Shown: piece by piece, positions 14,016 through 26,100 of the stretch
Layout of the letters: each line of letters begins with the position of its first letter
Position numbering within the stretch: the first letter of the stretch is position 1
Assembly (NCBI GenBank): GCA_976226885.1
Contig: OZ320318.1
Coordinates: 81,964,001 to 82,028,000, forward strand
Direction: 5' to 3'
Length of the DNA: 64,000 nucleotides
From: Iphione sp. A-MEVVRFRX5
Taxonomy: Eukaryota
Position numbers and translations under genes: made by a program
The notes under the pieces: model-generated
Seen by the model: only the letters and a program-made list of their open reading frames with translations
The model's database searches: none
What the model was told of the DNA's origin: nothing

Positions 14016-14535
14016 GACCTAAGAACAAACTTATCCACACAAAGGGCACGTGATGTCTTAAAAAATAATATTATACCATCATATATATGACATTTGATGG
14101 TTGTCACAACGTATGTTAGAGTGAATCTCGGATGCTTTTCTTTGTAGATAACTTTCAAGAAGGCACCAGGAGATAATTGTTTTTACCACAAGCTTTGTTT
14201 TGCTGCGCACTGCTGTGTAAAAACAATTAGATTCTTCCGATGATGCTCCTTACTTTACCGGGGAGCTTGTTTACATATTTAATGCCAGGTGACACCGCCG
14301 TTGATATCATTAGACATCACAAAAAGGCCTATAGCAAAGAGATTTGCTAACAAGGTAGGCCATCTGGTGGGCGGAGAGGGGGAGAGGGATGTTCAAGGCG
14401 CGCCACCGTGCGGGGAGTGTTGTATACATTGGCAGTCCCTATGCGGAAGGTGTTTACATTTTTTCAAGGCAAACATTTGTATCTGGAGAAGTTGATCTTG
14501 TTCGGGTAGGCGCACTTGTAAGAATGAAGGAAAAC

Positions 14536-15222
14536 AGAATTGGTTCCATCCATTGTTACAGATCACTCGATTTTCAAAGATTAGAGAAACAACTTGAAAA
14601 GGCTGTTAGAATTGCTACAGGAAATACAAGAGACGACTTCCATAAAATTTGCAGAAAGCATAGTATCCTACCACTAGAACTTAGAAGTCACTATTATGCT
14701 TTATGTTTATATCAACCAATATTAATTGAACCGTTTTTGTATCTACACAGTAAAACAAGACTTAGACAAACCAACCTACCACTCCCTCTCCCTAAAAAAT
14801 CAAGTTTCACCAATGAACCAGAATATGTGGCAACAAGATTATGGAATAATCTACCAGACTCCATTAAAATCAATGATAAGAAAACATATAAGAACCTTGT
14901 CAAAGACTACTCGTTCAACAAATTATTGAAAGAAAACTGGAAAGTATCATGAAGTGTTATATCAACAATCGCTCACTAATTTTGTTTAATGTGCAATTCA
15001 TTATGTCTGACAATTATGTTTCGTTAACAACTTACTTTATGTAACTATGATATGGTACAAAAAGAAAAAGACCAACTATTGTGAATTGTATATATTGTAT
15101 ATATGTATATAGTGTAAATAGTGTATATAGTATTGTTCGTTTTGTCTCATGTAACAAGTCCTATGGCTGGCTACATTTGTAGCCAGGATAAATAAAAGTT
15201 CAAAAAAAAAAAAAAAAAAAAA
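14536..15222 (+). mobile_element. 5'-truncated LINE copy of a related but distinct family
   Basis: Frame to the stop at 14952 (DFQRLEKQLEKAVR...TRLWNNLPDSIK...YKNLVK) aligns with the C-terminus of the 51943 ORF (NFHRLSRLYNKAIR...KLWNNLPESI...FMRSVK). 3' hairpin 15167-15186, AATAAA 15191-15196, 21-nt poly(A) 15202-15222, candidate TSD GAAAAC at 14530-14535 and 15223-15228. Confidence 0.85.
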
Positions 15223-15399
15223 GAAAACGCGACAGAAATAGGGGAAGAGTGGGTAGGGTGATATAGGGAGAGAGAGAGGGAGTCAAAGAGGTGCGAAAGA
15301 GAGAAGCGAGAGGGTCAGACCGGGGAGGCCTTTGAGGTGAGGGGGAGACAAGGAAGGATGGCACAGAGATTGAGACTGCGCTGGAGGTGGGAGAGAGAG

Positions 15400-15403
<4 letters not shown>

Positions 15404-15483
<80 letters not shown>
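15404..15483. repeat. (GA)n microsatellite
   Basis: Pure dinucleotide run. Confidence 0.98.
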
Positions 15484-15486
<3 letters not shown>

Positions 15487-16117
15487 GGGGCAGTAGAGAA
15501 TGACTGTGATATAATGGGAGAAAGAAGGAAACGCCTGATGGCGATGGAACGAGAGGGAGGGACTGGGAAAGGGAGACGAAGAAGGGTGGAGCGAATGGGA
15601 AAGACCGAGTCTCAGTGATGCGTGAGAATAAGAAGGGACAGAATATGTGGAGATGAAACGAAAGAGAGGGAGAAGACAGGACTTAGAGAGATGATCTTCA
15701 AGGAAAACGTGAAGGCACAGAAAGAATATTAACCATTGAAAATGAAAAAAATCAGTTCTCATAGAAGGATAGAATTTACGATAACATAAGGAACCAGTAA
15801 TGGATCCTACGCTAATGTTATAATGATATCCTAAATAAGTATATTTTCCTCGTCTTGTGTACACATTGTTACCAAAAATCTCAAGGTTTGTGTTTATACC
15901 CGTCATGACCATAGAGAAAAGATCGAGAGCTAGAAGGAGGATGTTTGTATCCCTTGTTTTTTTATGGCTAAATGTAAGAAGAGAGTATAATAGCCGCAAT
16001 GCTGCCCATTGTGATGGGAGTGTCAGGTTCTACTGTTCACGTCTCGTGCTGATGCCATGTCTGCTCTGTATTTGTTTTTCCTCTGTCTCCGACCCGTCTC
16101 TCTGGCTGTCTACCTTG

Positions 16118-16118
16118 C

Positions 16119-16182
<64 letters not shown>

Positions 16183-16238
16183 CATATGCCTTTTCTGTCT
16201 CTGGCTGTCTATCTTGCTGTCTGTCTGGCTGTCTGTCC

Positions 16239-16275
<37 letters not shown>
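16118..16275. repeat. Compound (CTGT)n/(CT)n microsatellite
   Basis: Directly visible. Confidence 0.95.
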
Positions 16276-16277
<2 letters not shown>

Positions 16278-16420
16278 TGTCGGATTTTAGTGGAAGTTTT
16301 TTCCCCAAAGCGAGCACGCAGTAGTTACAGACCTTTTAGAAGTACGGAATAAAGTTTTCCCTGTTACCATGTATTTTTCGGTCAATATGTAAGTTCAAGC
16401 TTGTGGATGTGAATCTTTAT

Positions 16421-16650
16421 CATGACCAGATGATTTGTAGCCCAAACCCGTCGTGGTCCATAACCTGTTACGGAGGCCATCGTTTTACAAATTTTTTTTT
16501 CTCCTATGCAAAAAAGAACCCAGAAATCTATCTGAAGTAGAGGAAAGTGGTAACACTGAATATTTTAGCCTGTCAGTTCTCAGTAAGAAATGTTACCGGT
16601 AGTATGCTACCCTGGGGTGATATGGAAGAACAAATGAGACTGAGCTGAAT
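16421..16650 (+). repeat. Dispersed repeat, copy 2
   Basis: Colinear blocks shared with 2682-2910. Confidence 0.75.
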
Positions 16651-19613
16651 GTCACAGTCCTGGTAAAGGTATGAAAATAAAATGTCAGGCAGGTTACCAT
16701 TGTTATAGTCCTCTAAAGTTTAATGGGGTCAAGGGCAAAAAGTAAAAGCGCCAGGATTTTCGGTCAGTGTCGCTTCAGGGTTAAAACATATAGTCACACC
16801 GAGATTTTGTTCTTTTTTTTGGGGGGGGGATGACGTTGCTTACTGAATAATGTAAGATTACGTAATGAATGGACGAGTAAACGACGATGGACGCCAGCGT
16901 CCTCATGTAAAACGAGGCCTCGAGATTCTCCCAAATGCCATCGTTGTCGCAGTAATAGTTGTCGCTGACAGCTTTATGCGCATGCAGGTGTCGCGTAGAG
17001 AAAAGTATTTCCCACAATCAGGTCTCCCAGCTGCGCGCATGCGCGGTAATCGTCTCATCCAGCCTCCGATGATCTTGGTCCGCCTGTGATGGCGGCCATA
17101 TTGATGGCAATCTGGTTTAATTTAACAATGACTGCTGGCCTCCTGAAGCTACGCCCAGGAACTGAAGCTATTTGTTAAATGGGTGCCTGGAACTATATAT
17201 ATTGTTATGGTCTGGCGCTTGCTGTCTAGCCCTTGGCACAGTAGTCACGTCTCGGTCTGAACTGTTAACTGCGTATGCCTGTAGTCTCAAAGGAGACGGG
17301 ATCAGTTCTCTGCTATTTCCCAACCCTGCTTTTAGCCAAGTAACAAATAACTGGTGGAATATTGAATTACAATAACAGACCCCCTTCAGATCAATATATT
17401 CATCGCCCAGAGGCCAAATTGTTACACTACCTATTAAAAAGGTACCGTTGCTTGATTTCTGTCCATTGAAGTCTCATCTCGTAGTGGTGCGATTTTAGAA
17501 ACATACGCGATTTATTTCATTAACATAATTGTAAATGATATTAAGGAGGATAATGGCTCAAGCATATTTTTTTTTAAAGATGGACTGTCATTGGAAACGT
17601 GACACATGCCAGTACCACGCTGCAGATCGACCTCTGGATCTAAAGGGTTATTCCGAGCTTGGTTTTTCGCATCATGTGGATGGTAAAATCCGGTCGCATG
17701 CTCGTTGTGCAGTTTATTTGCTCTCCTCTTATTGGATTAGAGCTGTCACATGGCTCTGTGGACACTGTATATATAAGCTGCTGTATTTGTCTGAATAAAT
17801 GTCGGCTGCTACAGCTCCCGGCCTAGGTGGACCCCTCATTCTTTTTTGCAGAGACCTGCAACTGCTGAAATACATCGACGAGTTACAAAAGTAAGCCTGT
17901 ACTTGTCTCAAAGCTTTCAAGTGAACACAGAATATCTCATCCGTATCCTACTGGCATGTACAGGGGGGACGTTTGCTTGTCTGTATGTTGTTGCGTTGAA
18001 TTTAACGGATATTGGTGATGAAGGTGGTGGGCGGGCGGTGGGAGGGGGGAAGGGTAGGACTTTACCTTCATATCGTGAGGGAACAGTGTGCTGTAGGCAG
18101 CTTTAGATAATCTGTTCATCTCATCTGTGGTTAATCTCTCAAGAGATAATCTTGCAGATTAAGCCATTATTCAACAACATGCACAGCATGACTTCTCTTA
18201 TAATCTGTTTGCTTTGGAGGAAAACCGAAGATGTATCGTCAACAAAATATGTACATGTACACATCATATTTACAAACACGTCTTTGGGATTCATTTTGAG
18301 AATTTAAGTTAACCGCTTATATATAATGCCGCAAATTAATAGTGATATTGTCTCATATAACTTAGAAAGCTATAAATATTTCTATACATGCACATTTTAT
18401 TGGGAATGTATTTTATGTGGTTCGGACGGAAAAGTGTTGTTGAGTTTAAGAGATTTACCATAAAGCACGTACTCGCAAAACAGTTTCATTAGATCCAATC
18501 TCGGCCCGTTACGTAGGTTCACGGGTCAACCGCAGGTTACCGCCGCCGCCGCGGTCTAATATTCGTGATGGTGGCGGGATTTGAAGGAGTTTGGAACATC
18601 AATATGCCCAAACCTATAACCCTGATTGCTTTCTGTCGGACACCATCCCTCATCTATGGACCCGGTACGTGTCCGTTTCTTCACTATTTTCCCCGTTTCT
18701 CAGTTATCGGCCTCTGCTGCCTTACTGATGTAAAGGACGTAATTCTACAGGTACCGTGGAGTTCAGAAATGGTGAGAACATGAAAGAGTGTCAAAGTGAC
18801 GAGACGAGACAGCGAGCGATATGGGTAGCGAACAGAAAAGTGGACAGAGGAGAGATACAGGAGAGGGAAAAGGAAGAGAGAAAGAAAGAGACAGAGAGAG
18901 AGACAGAGAGAGAGACAGAGACAGAGAGACATAGAATGGAAGGGAGTCAAATCATAAGAAAGAAAGAGAATAGGTGGGGTGAGACAAAAAATTAAGTTGC
19001 ACACGAGGAGATTTGGCGAAGGCTTCAGAGAGACTTTAATGGGGTGTTTTTGTTTTTTTTTTAAGGAGATCGACTTTATCAGAGTTAGTGCATCCAGAGG
19101 CAAGCTTCATGATGTGTGACTGACAGATGCCGAGGGATGTGTTAACAATGAACTGCCTGCTCAATTTCATACCCTTGTATCACAATACCAATCCTGGTCG
19201 ATATTATAATGTTGGTGTTAGGTACTCCCTCCCCTTCCGCACTCTTCCTCTCCTTTTGTCTCTCCCTCTCCTTTGCCTCTTTCTATCTCTCCTTCTTCCT
19301 ATATCTGTTTCTCCCTCTACCCTCTCTCTGTGTCTCCTTCTCTCAATTGATTCCTCAAACTGTTTGTCTTTCTTCCTTCATTTTCCCCCCTTTTCCTTTC
19401 GCTCCTACTCTACCTCTGTCCATCTCTGTCCCTCCGTATCTCTCCCTCTGCCCCCCCTCCCTTGCTATGTCCCCCGATAGTCCTCCTTCGTCAGTCTGTG
19501 CGTGCCCCCTATACTAGGCACCGCTCCCTTCGTTCTCTTTCACTTTTACCCTCTCGTCTAATCTTTTCTCTCTCCTCTCCCTCTCTCTTTCCTCCCTATC
19601 TCTCTCTCTCCCC

Positions 19614-19620
<7 letters not shown>

Positions 19621-19667
<47 letters not shown>
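19621..19667. repeat. (CT)n microsatellite
   Basis: Directly visible. Confidence 0.97.
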
Positions 19668-19673
<6 letters not shown>

Positions 19674-21270
19674 CGCTGTACCTTAATTTACAATATTAAT
19701 CCGCCTGAGATGCTATTCTTTGATCCAAGACAGTGTTATCCTTCGATCCTCATGTAAGCCTTCATTGTCAATGGAGAAGGTCAAGGTGGCGTAGTTACAT
19801 CACAGGAGCTTCCCACACAGACGTCTTTCTCTTAAGTAGATTGATATTCCTCTCTCTGTTGTCGACTTAATTCCGTATGTACATCAATGCAGCTCTCCTG
19901 ACATGGAGGCAGCCTAATGGTGTGGACAACACGTCCTTAGCAACGTCTCTTTCTGATCCGCGCTCGCGGTCGCCGCCATCTTGTTGCGAACGTGATTGTT
20001 TCCAGCTCGTCGGCATATATACTCGTACTCTTATTCCCATAACCCACAATTTCCGCTAAACCAGCGAGAGAGTTTTGAAAGTGGTCGGTGGTGAACAGTT
20101 GAAATAAATTCAAATTTGATCTGAGATGGTGTGATTTGAAGTAATCTCACGTAAAAACACCCAGAATATATAAAAGGCGTATTTATAGCAATACGTTTCA
20201 AGTTCCCAGCTTTTTCCAACTGGTTTTCTATCCTTTATTAAACATTGTTGATTTCTGCAGTTATGTACAAAATCAAATTATATCCGTTCTTTTACACTAC
20301 CTCTGCAAATAACTGCTTAGAGAGTCGTATTGAAAGTATTACGTTACAGTCAGATCCTTCGAAATTAATCTGTGTGATAAAGTGTTCTATTTATATAGTC
20401 ACTGTTAATGGAGATAGGACCAGATATTGAATCATTATTGCAAATTTATTACCTATACAAAGGGTAACTTTGACACTGTATCAAAATACACCCCTTAACT
20501 TAATCTAAACTTGACAATGTGCCTACATACTATGTAAGCCACTCTTGACTCATAATCATACTCGAATTTCAAATCTTGACATTTTCCTTATTTACAATAC
20601 TACTTCACTGGACTCCAAACCTACCATTGTAAACACAATATTTAGACAGTGACAGGAACTATGTTTTAAGAACGGGTAGCTGTCTGTATTGACCATAGTT
20701 AATAATCTTTCTAAGCAGAAAGGAATGGACCAAACAGCTACTTATGTACAGAATGATCAAAGTGACAGTACAAGAATCAGTGAAATGGGTAGTGATGCTA
20801 CAACAGTCATCGGTCAATCGACAACAGTGTTTTACATGTTGCTGGTCAGTGAGGATCAGGAGCAAAAGCTTCCAACAATCATAACTTCTTTTATAATGGT
20901 CAAATTCTAATGCAACCAAGTTTGTATAAAAGGTTAGGCTCTAAGGAATAAAATGATCTATAGCATGGCTCTCCATTTTTAAGAGTTTTACAGCCATGTA
21001 AAGTTTTGCCACTCACTGCCAGTGATTTGTAGAAAAATGTAAACAATGTAATTTTACATCATAATGATGTGATTCGGCGATCAACCCATTGGATGTTCAG
21101 CAGGGAAACATTACTGTTATCTACATGTTTGATGTACATATAGGTAACATACACACCTCTAGAGTATCATCTACGGGGAAAATGTTACATTGTGGACACA
21201 CTTAAACAGATGCCAGATGAGAGGACAGGGCAGAAAACTAGAGAGAAAGGGACAGAAAAATGTTCCTTTA

Positions 21271-21610
21271 GGCCTAAACAAAAAATATCTGTGTTTCCGG
21301 TAACCCGACCGACCCTACATCAGAGCCAATTGCAACTTTTTATTTTTTTCTTGTTTTCTGAATAACTTCAGAATAAATAATGATAGAGACATGTTCTATA
21401 CACCAAATTACTCCTTAAGTTATTAGCTTTCATTTGACATAAGTTTTATTAAAATCTAAGTAGTAGAAGTGATATTACCATACATATTTCTTCCTCTCAT
21501 CCTGAATTAACATTGAAAAAAAAAAGAAAAATAAAAAAAATACTACCTACCGACCGACCCTCTCTTTTTGGGGCTTGTTACCGGAAACACAGAACTTTCT
21601 TTTTTAGGCC
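21271..21610. mobile_element. Non-autonomous DNA transposon (MITE), PIF/Harbinger-type
   Basis: About 35-bp imperfect TIRs (GGCCTAAACAAAAAATATCTGTGTTTCCGGTAAC / GTTACCGGAAACACAGAACTTTCTTTTTTTAGGCC); TTA on both flanks. Confidence 0.85.
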
Positions 21611-21783
21611 TTATTAGATATAGACATAACTGGAAATGAGGATTTTTTTCAGGGCAGAGCTGAGAGCTACATCCCCCTGTATTACACACATTTACATGAC
21701 CAGGAGTACAATCCTGTAATGTATATACATGTAGTCATAAATACATATCCCTGTTGCTGGTGTACATACCTTTATACACAGAA

Positions 21784-22052
21784 ACACACCTGTATAACTA
21801 GACATACACTACTTAACCATGCATGCATACCTGCATAAACATAAGATTCCCAGCTACTACTCATGTAAAACTACGTATAAAGTCCTATATATTCATAAAT
21901 ACACATCTTGGTAACTAGTGCTCACACCTTTTAAACCTCGTATACACACGTTTATAAACACAAAAGCACACCTGTATAACTAGACATACACATCTGTATG
22001 AACGTAACTTTTGCAGCTACATGTATGTACTACTCACGTGCAACTACGTATA
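21784..22052. repeat. Diverged local duplication, period about 185 bp
   Basis: CACACCTGTATAACTAGACATACAC occurs twice (near 21786 and 21969), each followed by TACTACTCAYGT..AACTACGTATA. Confidence 0.75.
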
Positions 22053-22134
22053 CATGCGTGTGTATAGCCAGATATACACATCTAAACAAACATGAAATCC
22101 CAGACCTGTAAAACCCCTCTCTGTTGTCTTACAG

Positions 22135-22267
22135 GCGGTGGAGGTCTGGCTCTGTTTGGGACAGGAAACCTACACACCTGGGCAGAACGCCTGGAGGAGG
22201 TGGTCACCCGCTTCACCGACACCCGCAAGATCAACATGGCCAAGTTCATGGATGACAGCGCCTATAG
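22135..22267 (+). CDS. Isolated internal coding exon of a host gene, probably a YIL108W-like zinc metallopeptidase (Metallopep, PF12044)
   Basis: Acceptor CTCTCTGTTGTCTTACAG|G and donor ATAG|GTAAGT; 133 bp, phase 1 to phase 2, open: (G)GGGLALFGTGNLHTWAERLEEVVTRFTDTRKINMAKFMDDSAY(R). Resembles the segment just before the HExxH motif in this family as recalled; family assignment needs a search. Confidence 0.72.
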
Positions 22268-22753
22268 GTAAGTCCTTTTCAGTAATGGAGATGATTTGGA
22301 GTGGGAGTAATGTATGCGAGCGATTGACCACATAACATACAGGTATAGCTCTGTTAACGAAGTACAATGTACATGCGCTCATTAACTTGACCTCTTTGCT
22401 TGTAGGGAACTTAGTAATCCAAGGTATACAATTCCATCTTGAATTTGCAGTTTAAAAAAATTAAAGTACATTCACAAATCATGCATTATTACAGTAGTAC
22501 TTACCTCTGTTTATAAGACAGCTAAATTTTAAGTGAATCTTTGAAAAATAGCCTGGGTCATAATAAAGCTTAGTTCTCAGGGGGATTCATTAACAGAGGC
22601 ATACCTGTACTTTTGTGATCCTGGAATATTTATTTCTGGGATAAACTATACATCAACATTGAGGGGTGAACATGGACAAGATCAGCATGGACGAGTTTAT
22701 TGGACGACAGTGCCTACAGATTAAACAGTTCGTATCGGTAATGGAGAAACTGC

Positions 22754-23168
22754 GGAGAGGAAAATGTACACCAACGATCTCCGTTTATAAGCACCCACTT
22801 CCCAGCCATCTGTTACCGTACAAGACTGAGTATGATACGGCGAAACAATTTTCAAGCCTGTATTATCAGAATTAGTATGAACCTGTCTTCATTCCCTAAA
22901 TATTTTGTGCAACATTTGGTGTGAGTCTTTATCAAAAGCTTCAGGTCTGAAAGTTTCAAGGAGAGGAAAATGTACACCAACAATCTCCATTTATGATAAT
23001 CACCCACTTCCCAGCCATCTGTTACCGCACAAGGCCAAGTATGGTATGGCAAAACAATTTGCAAGCATGTGTTATCACAATAAGTATGAACCTGTCTTCA
23101 TTCCATAAATATTTTGTGCAGCATTTGGTGTGAGTCTTTATCAAAAGCTCTAGGTCTGCAAGTTTAAA
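22754..23168. repeat. Tandem duplication, period about 206 bp
   Basis: GGAGAGGAAAATGTACACCAAC... at 22754 and 22960, with similarity along the whole unit and scattered substitutions. Confidence 0.93.
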
Positions 23169-26100
23169 GGCAGACATCCCACCCGTCCTTTAAGTGGTTA
23201 ACCATTGACTTACAGCTATCAGGATCCCCGTGAAGGAAGGTGAATGAGTTAATATGTAACAATAGATAATTAGACATGATTCGACTGTCATTTCTGTACA
23301 GACAGGCGACAGGAAGTCACTTGACCGTTTTTTCTCCCATCACGTGCACGTGCTCGCTCGCATGAGTGATTTATGAAGTGCGCTGATGCCGGGCGTGCTG
23401 GACGGCCACAGGCAGGTTACAAGCCTCACCCAGCTGCGGGCGGGCTGCCCGCCATAAGTGGCCGGATCGGAGCGCGGGAAACCGAGGGCAAATGTCGTCT
23501 GCTTCGCTACACTCATGATAGACTGATGGAACTTGATCAATGTCGCCCCTTTACAATAACAGCGCAGACATTATCGATCAAATTCCTTTGTGTTTTTTCA
23601 TGTCACGTGTGATTTGTTGGCGTTCCTGAACGCCATATGTGGGCATATTTAATGCCGCGAACTACCCTTGAAGATGGAGTGTCTGTTATCTTGGTCGGAT
23701 GGAAGAGTCACCTACGAAAAGAGTATATCATCCAGCGAATGCATACATGATAGTATAATTGCCGTATTGAATTTCAGAGGGAGATAGTTCAGAAAGTTTT
23801 CATGACTACACTTAGTTTAGTGGAGCAAAACAGAAAAGAAAAGCTGTCCGGGTACACATTTAGGAAACAAGGTGCTGATACAAACACTGAGCAGTTAAAG
23901 CGTTTTTAGCACAGACAAGAACCAATATGCTGACCCGAAACTTCCAGTTTTAGATCCTGGATAATAGAAATAACTAGCTTCTGGTACAAAATCCTTCCAT
24001 GTATTGACAAAGATAACTATAGAAAGCTGACACAGACGTATTCATATTATGATTACTGATACCAAATATCATTAGTTCGTATCGATGTTACCATGACAGT
24101 TGGAGGCAGAATGTAAATTTAAAAGAGAATTCACCAACTACGGCCTAGACCCTTAGGTTCAAAGGGATCGGTCTGTGAAGATACTGTTTTGCTGCCCGAC
24201 CTTTCGCGTGGGAGACTGACACTGACCGACTACAGGCAAAATGAAATGATATCGATATCCAAGGGTAGGAATAAATCACCTTGTGTGAAGTCAGAGATAG
24301 CCGAAAATATGGTCCCCTTTTGAACATTTTGACCGGACGGAGTAATAGTTCTTATTCAGCCCTTGAACGGGTTGATCCCCTTGAACCTAAGGGAGATTAA
24401 TAGTTTGCCTTCGCGATCACAGAGGGCGCTGATGTCCGCCTTGCGATACAAAGTTCGAACCCTGCAGTACAAAATGTAATCACATTTCTCTGCATTTTTT
24501 TCGCGCCAAAAGTTGGCCTACCGTCTGCTGGGTTCATGGCAATGGAAAACGCAGGCGTTTCATAACTCACACGTGATCAGTAGTAAATTACAGGCCCACA
24601 GATCAAAGTGAACTCGTTTGACCTCTCCGCAGTCCCGAAGAGCACGCGGGCTGATTGGCTACTGCTGTCACTTCCGGCTGTTCCAGTGCCAACACTTTAT
24701 TTTTCCCCTTTTGTCCTCAAATGCAGTGGGAAGCTTTTTCTGCCAATTTTCAATACGTCCGCTGAAATACCTCTCCATCAGGTACTTTAGCAAGAAATTA
24801 TGCTACACTTCACTAACTGGTTCATCGGTCCCTAGAACCTCATTTGAGAAAAGTTATCTATATAGAAAGTCTGAGTTCATTTCCCTACCTTTCAAGAGGA
24901 GAGGGGACCTAGGATCATTGACATATTACCTTCTATCCCAGTTGGATGGATTTTGTGGGTTTTTCCAAAATGGACTCTCGCAGAGGAGACCATCTGCGGG
25001 AATGGATAAATCTGGTCTCTGTTGTTGTCTGGTCTCCTCTGTGATCTCTTTTTATACAAAAATGATACTTTTGGATCTATCAAACCCTGGCCTCTCCCCC
25101 AGTCTGCTCTCCCCTTCGATCTGGTTTTCGTTTTAATGAGAGTTGACTGTACTTGTGATCTAGTATGTGTATGATCATGAAACTTGAACACCACTTAAAA
25201 CTGATTATACACCCATTCCTGTTCAATTTAGATACAAATGGGATGAATTTCAAGGAAAGTGGAAGCTCATGTCAAAGGAATGAATAGAGCTCTGTACACT
25301 CCAGTTACTCCCCTATAATTTGCAATTATGTCCCTGTAAAGCATGCACTGCCATATGTTATCTGTGTGTTTGTGGGAGGGAACATAGACTGCTACAGTAG
25401 CTAACACATAAGGACTGTGTAGAAAGAGGAGGAAGGAGCAGGAAACGTACAAGGATAGTGGGTACAGGTGTGAAGACAAAACAAAATTGAAAGGCAGCGG
25501 AGAAGGGCACCTTTTAGTCTTAGTCCGGAAGTATACCTGCCAGTTGGGCTTCACCAGTTGTCCCGTGCTGCCGGTTAGTGTAGGGCTTTTCTTACCAGGG
25601 CATCGTGCTGTCCTACATCAAGAGAAAATACCAACTTTAAAGGGAGTGACTAGGACAGGGGAATTCATAGCATAGGTCTGTAACCCTTCGAGCCAAACAG
25701 GAGTACGAGAGAAATAGATAGATAGATAGAGACCACGAGACACAGAGAGAGACAGACAGAGAGACAGACAGAGAGCGACAGAGAAAAAGAGATTCAGAGA
25801 GAGACATACAGAAAGAGAGACGGGGAGAGAAAGAGGGAGAGGGAGAGAGCTGAAGACATTGATAGGGATAGTAGTTTCCAAATGTCGTCTGCTCCTGCCC
25901 ACGGCTTTACGTGAAGGAGCCCTGAACTAACGACTACCCGAGGTGCCCGCCACCACCTTCGATCTGAATGGCCGCCAGTGGTACATGTCGCCATAGTTAC
26001 GGCGCCAGGAGCGCTCAGGGTGAAGAATATCACGGTAATATGTTCTCACGACGCATCATCTGCCGCCATTTTGCGCAGATCGACGAGGCCGAGACCCATC

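Noticed and set aside
14389-14535. N-terminal part of the 187-aa ORF
   Set aside because: Lies upstream of the inferred LINE junction; chance read-through from flanking DNA.
24405-24465. GTTCGAACCC B-box (also GGTTCGATC near 57878) read as tRNA or SINE
   Set aside because: No A-box at proper spacing and no cloverleaf.
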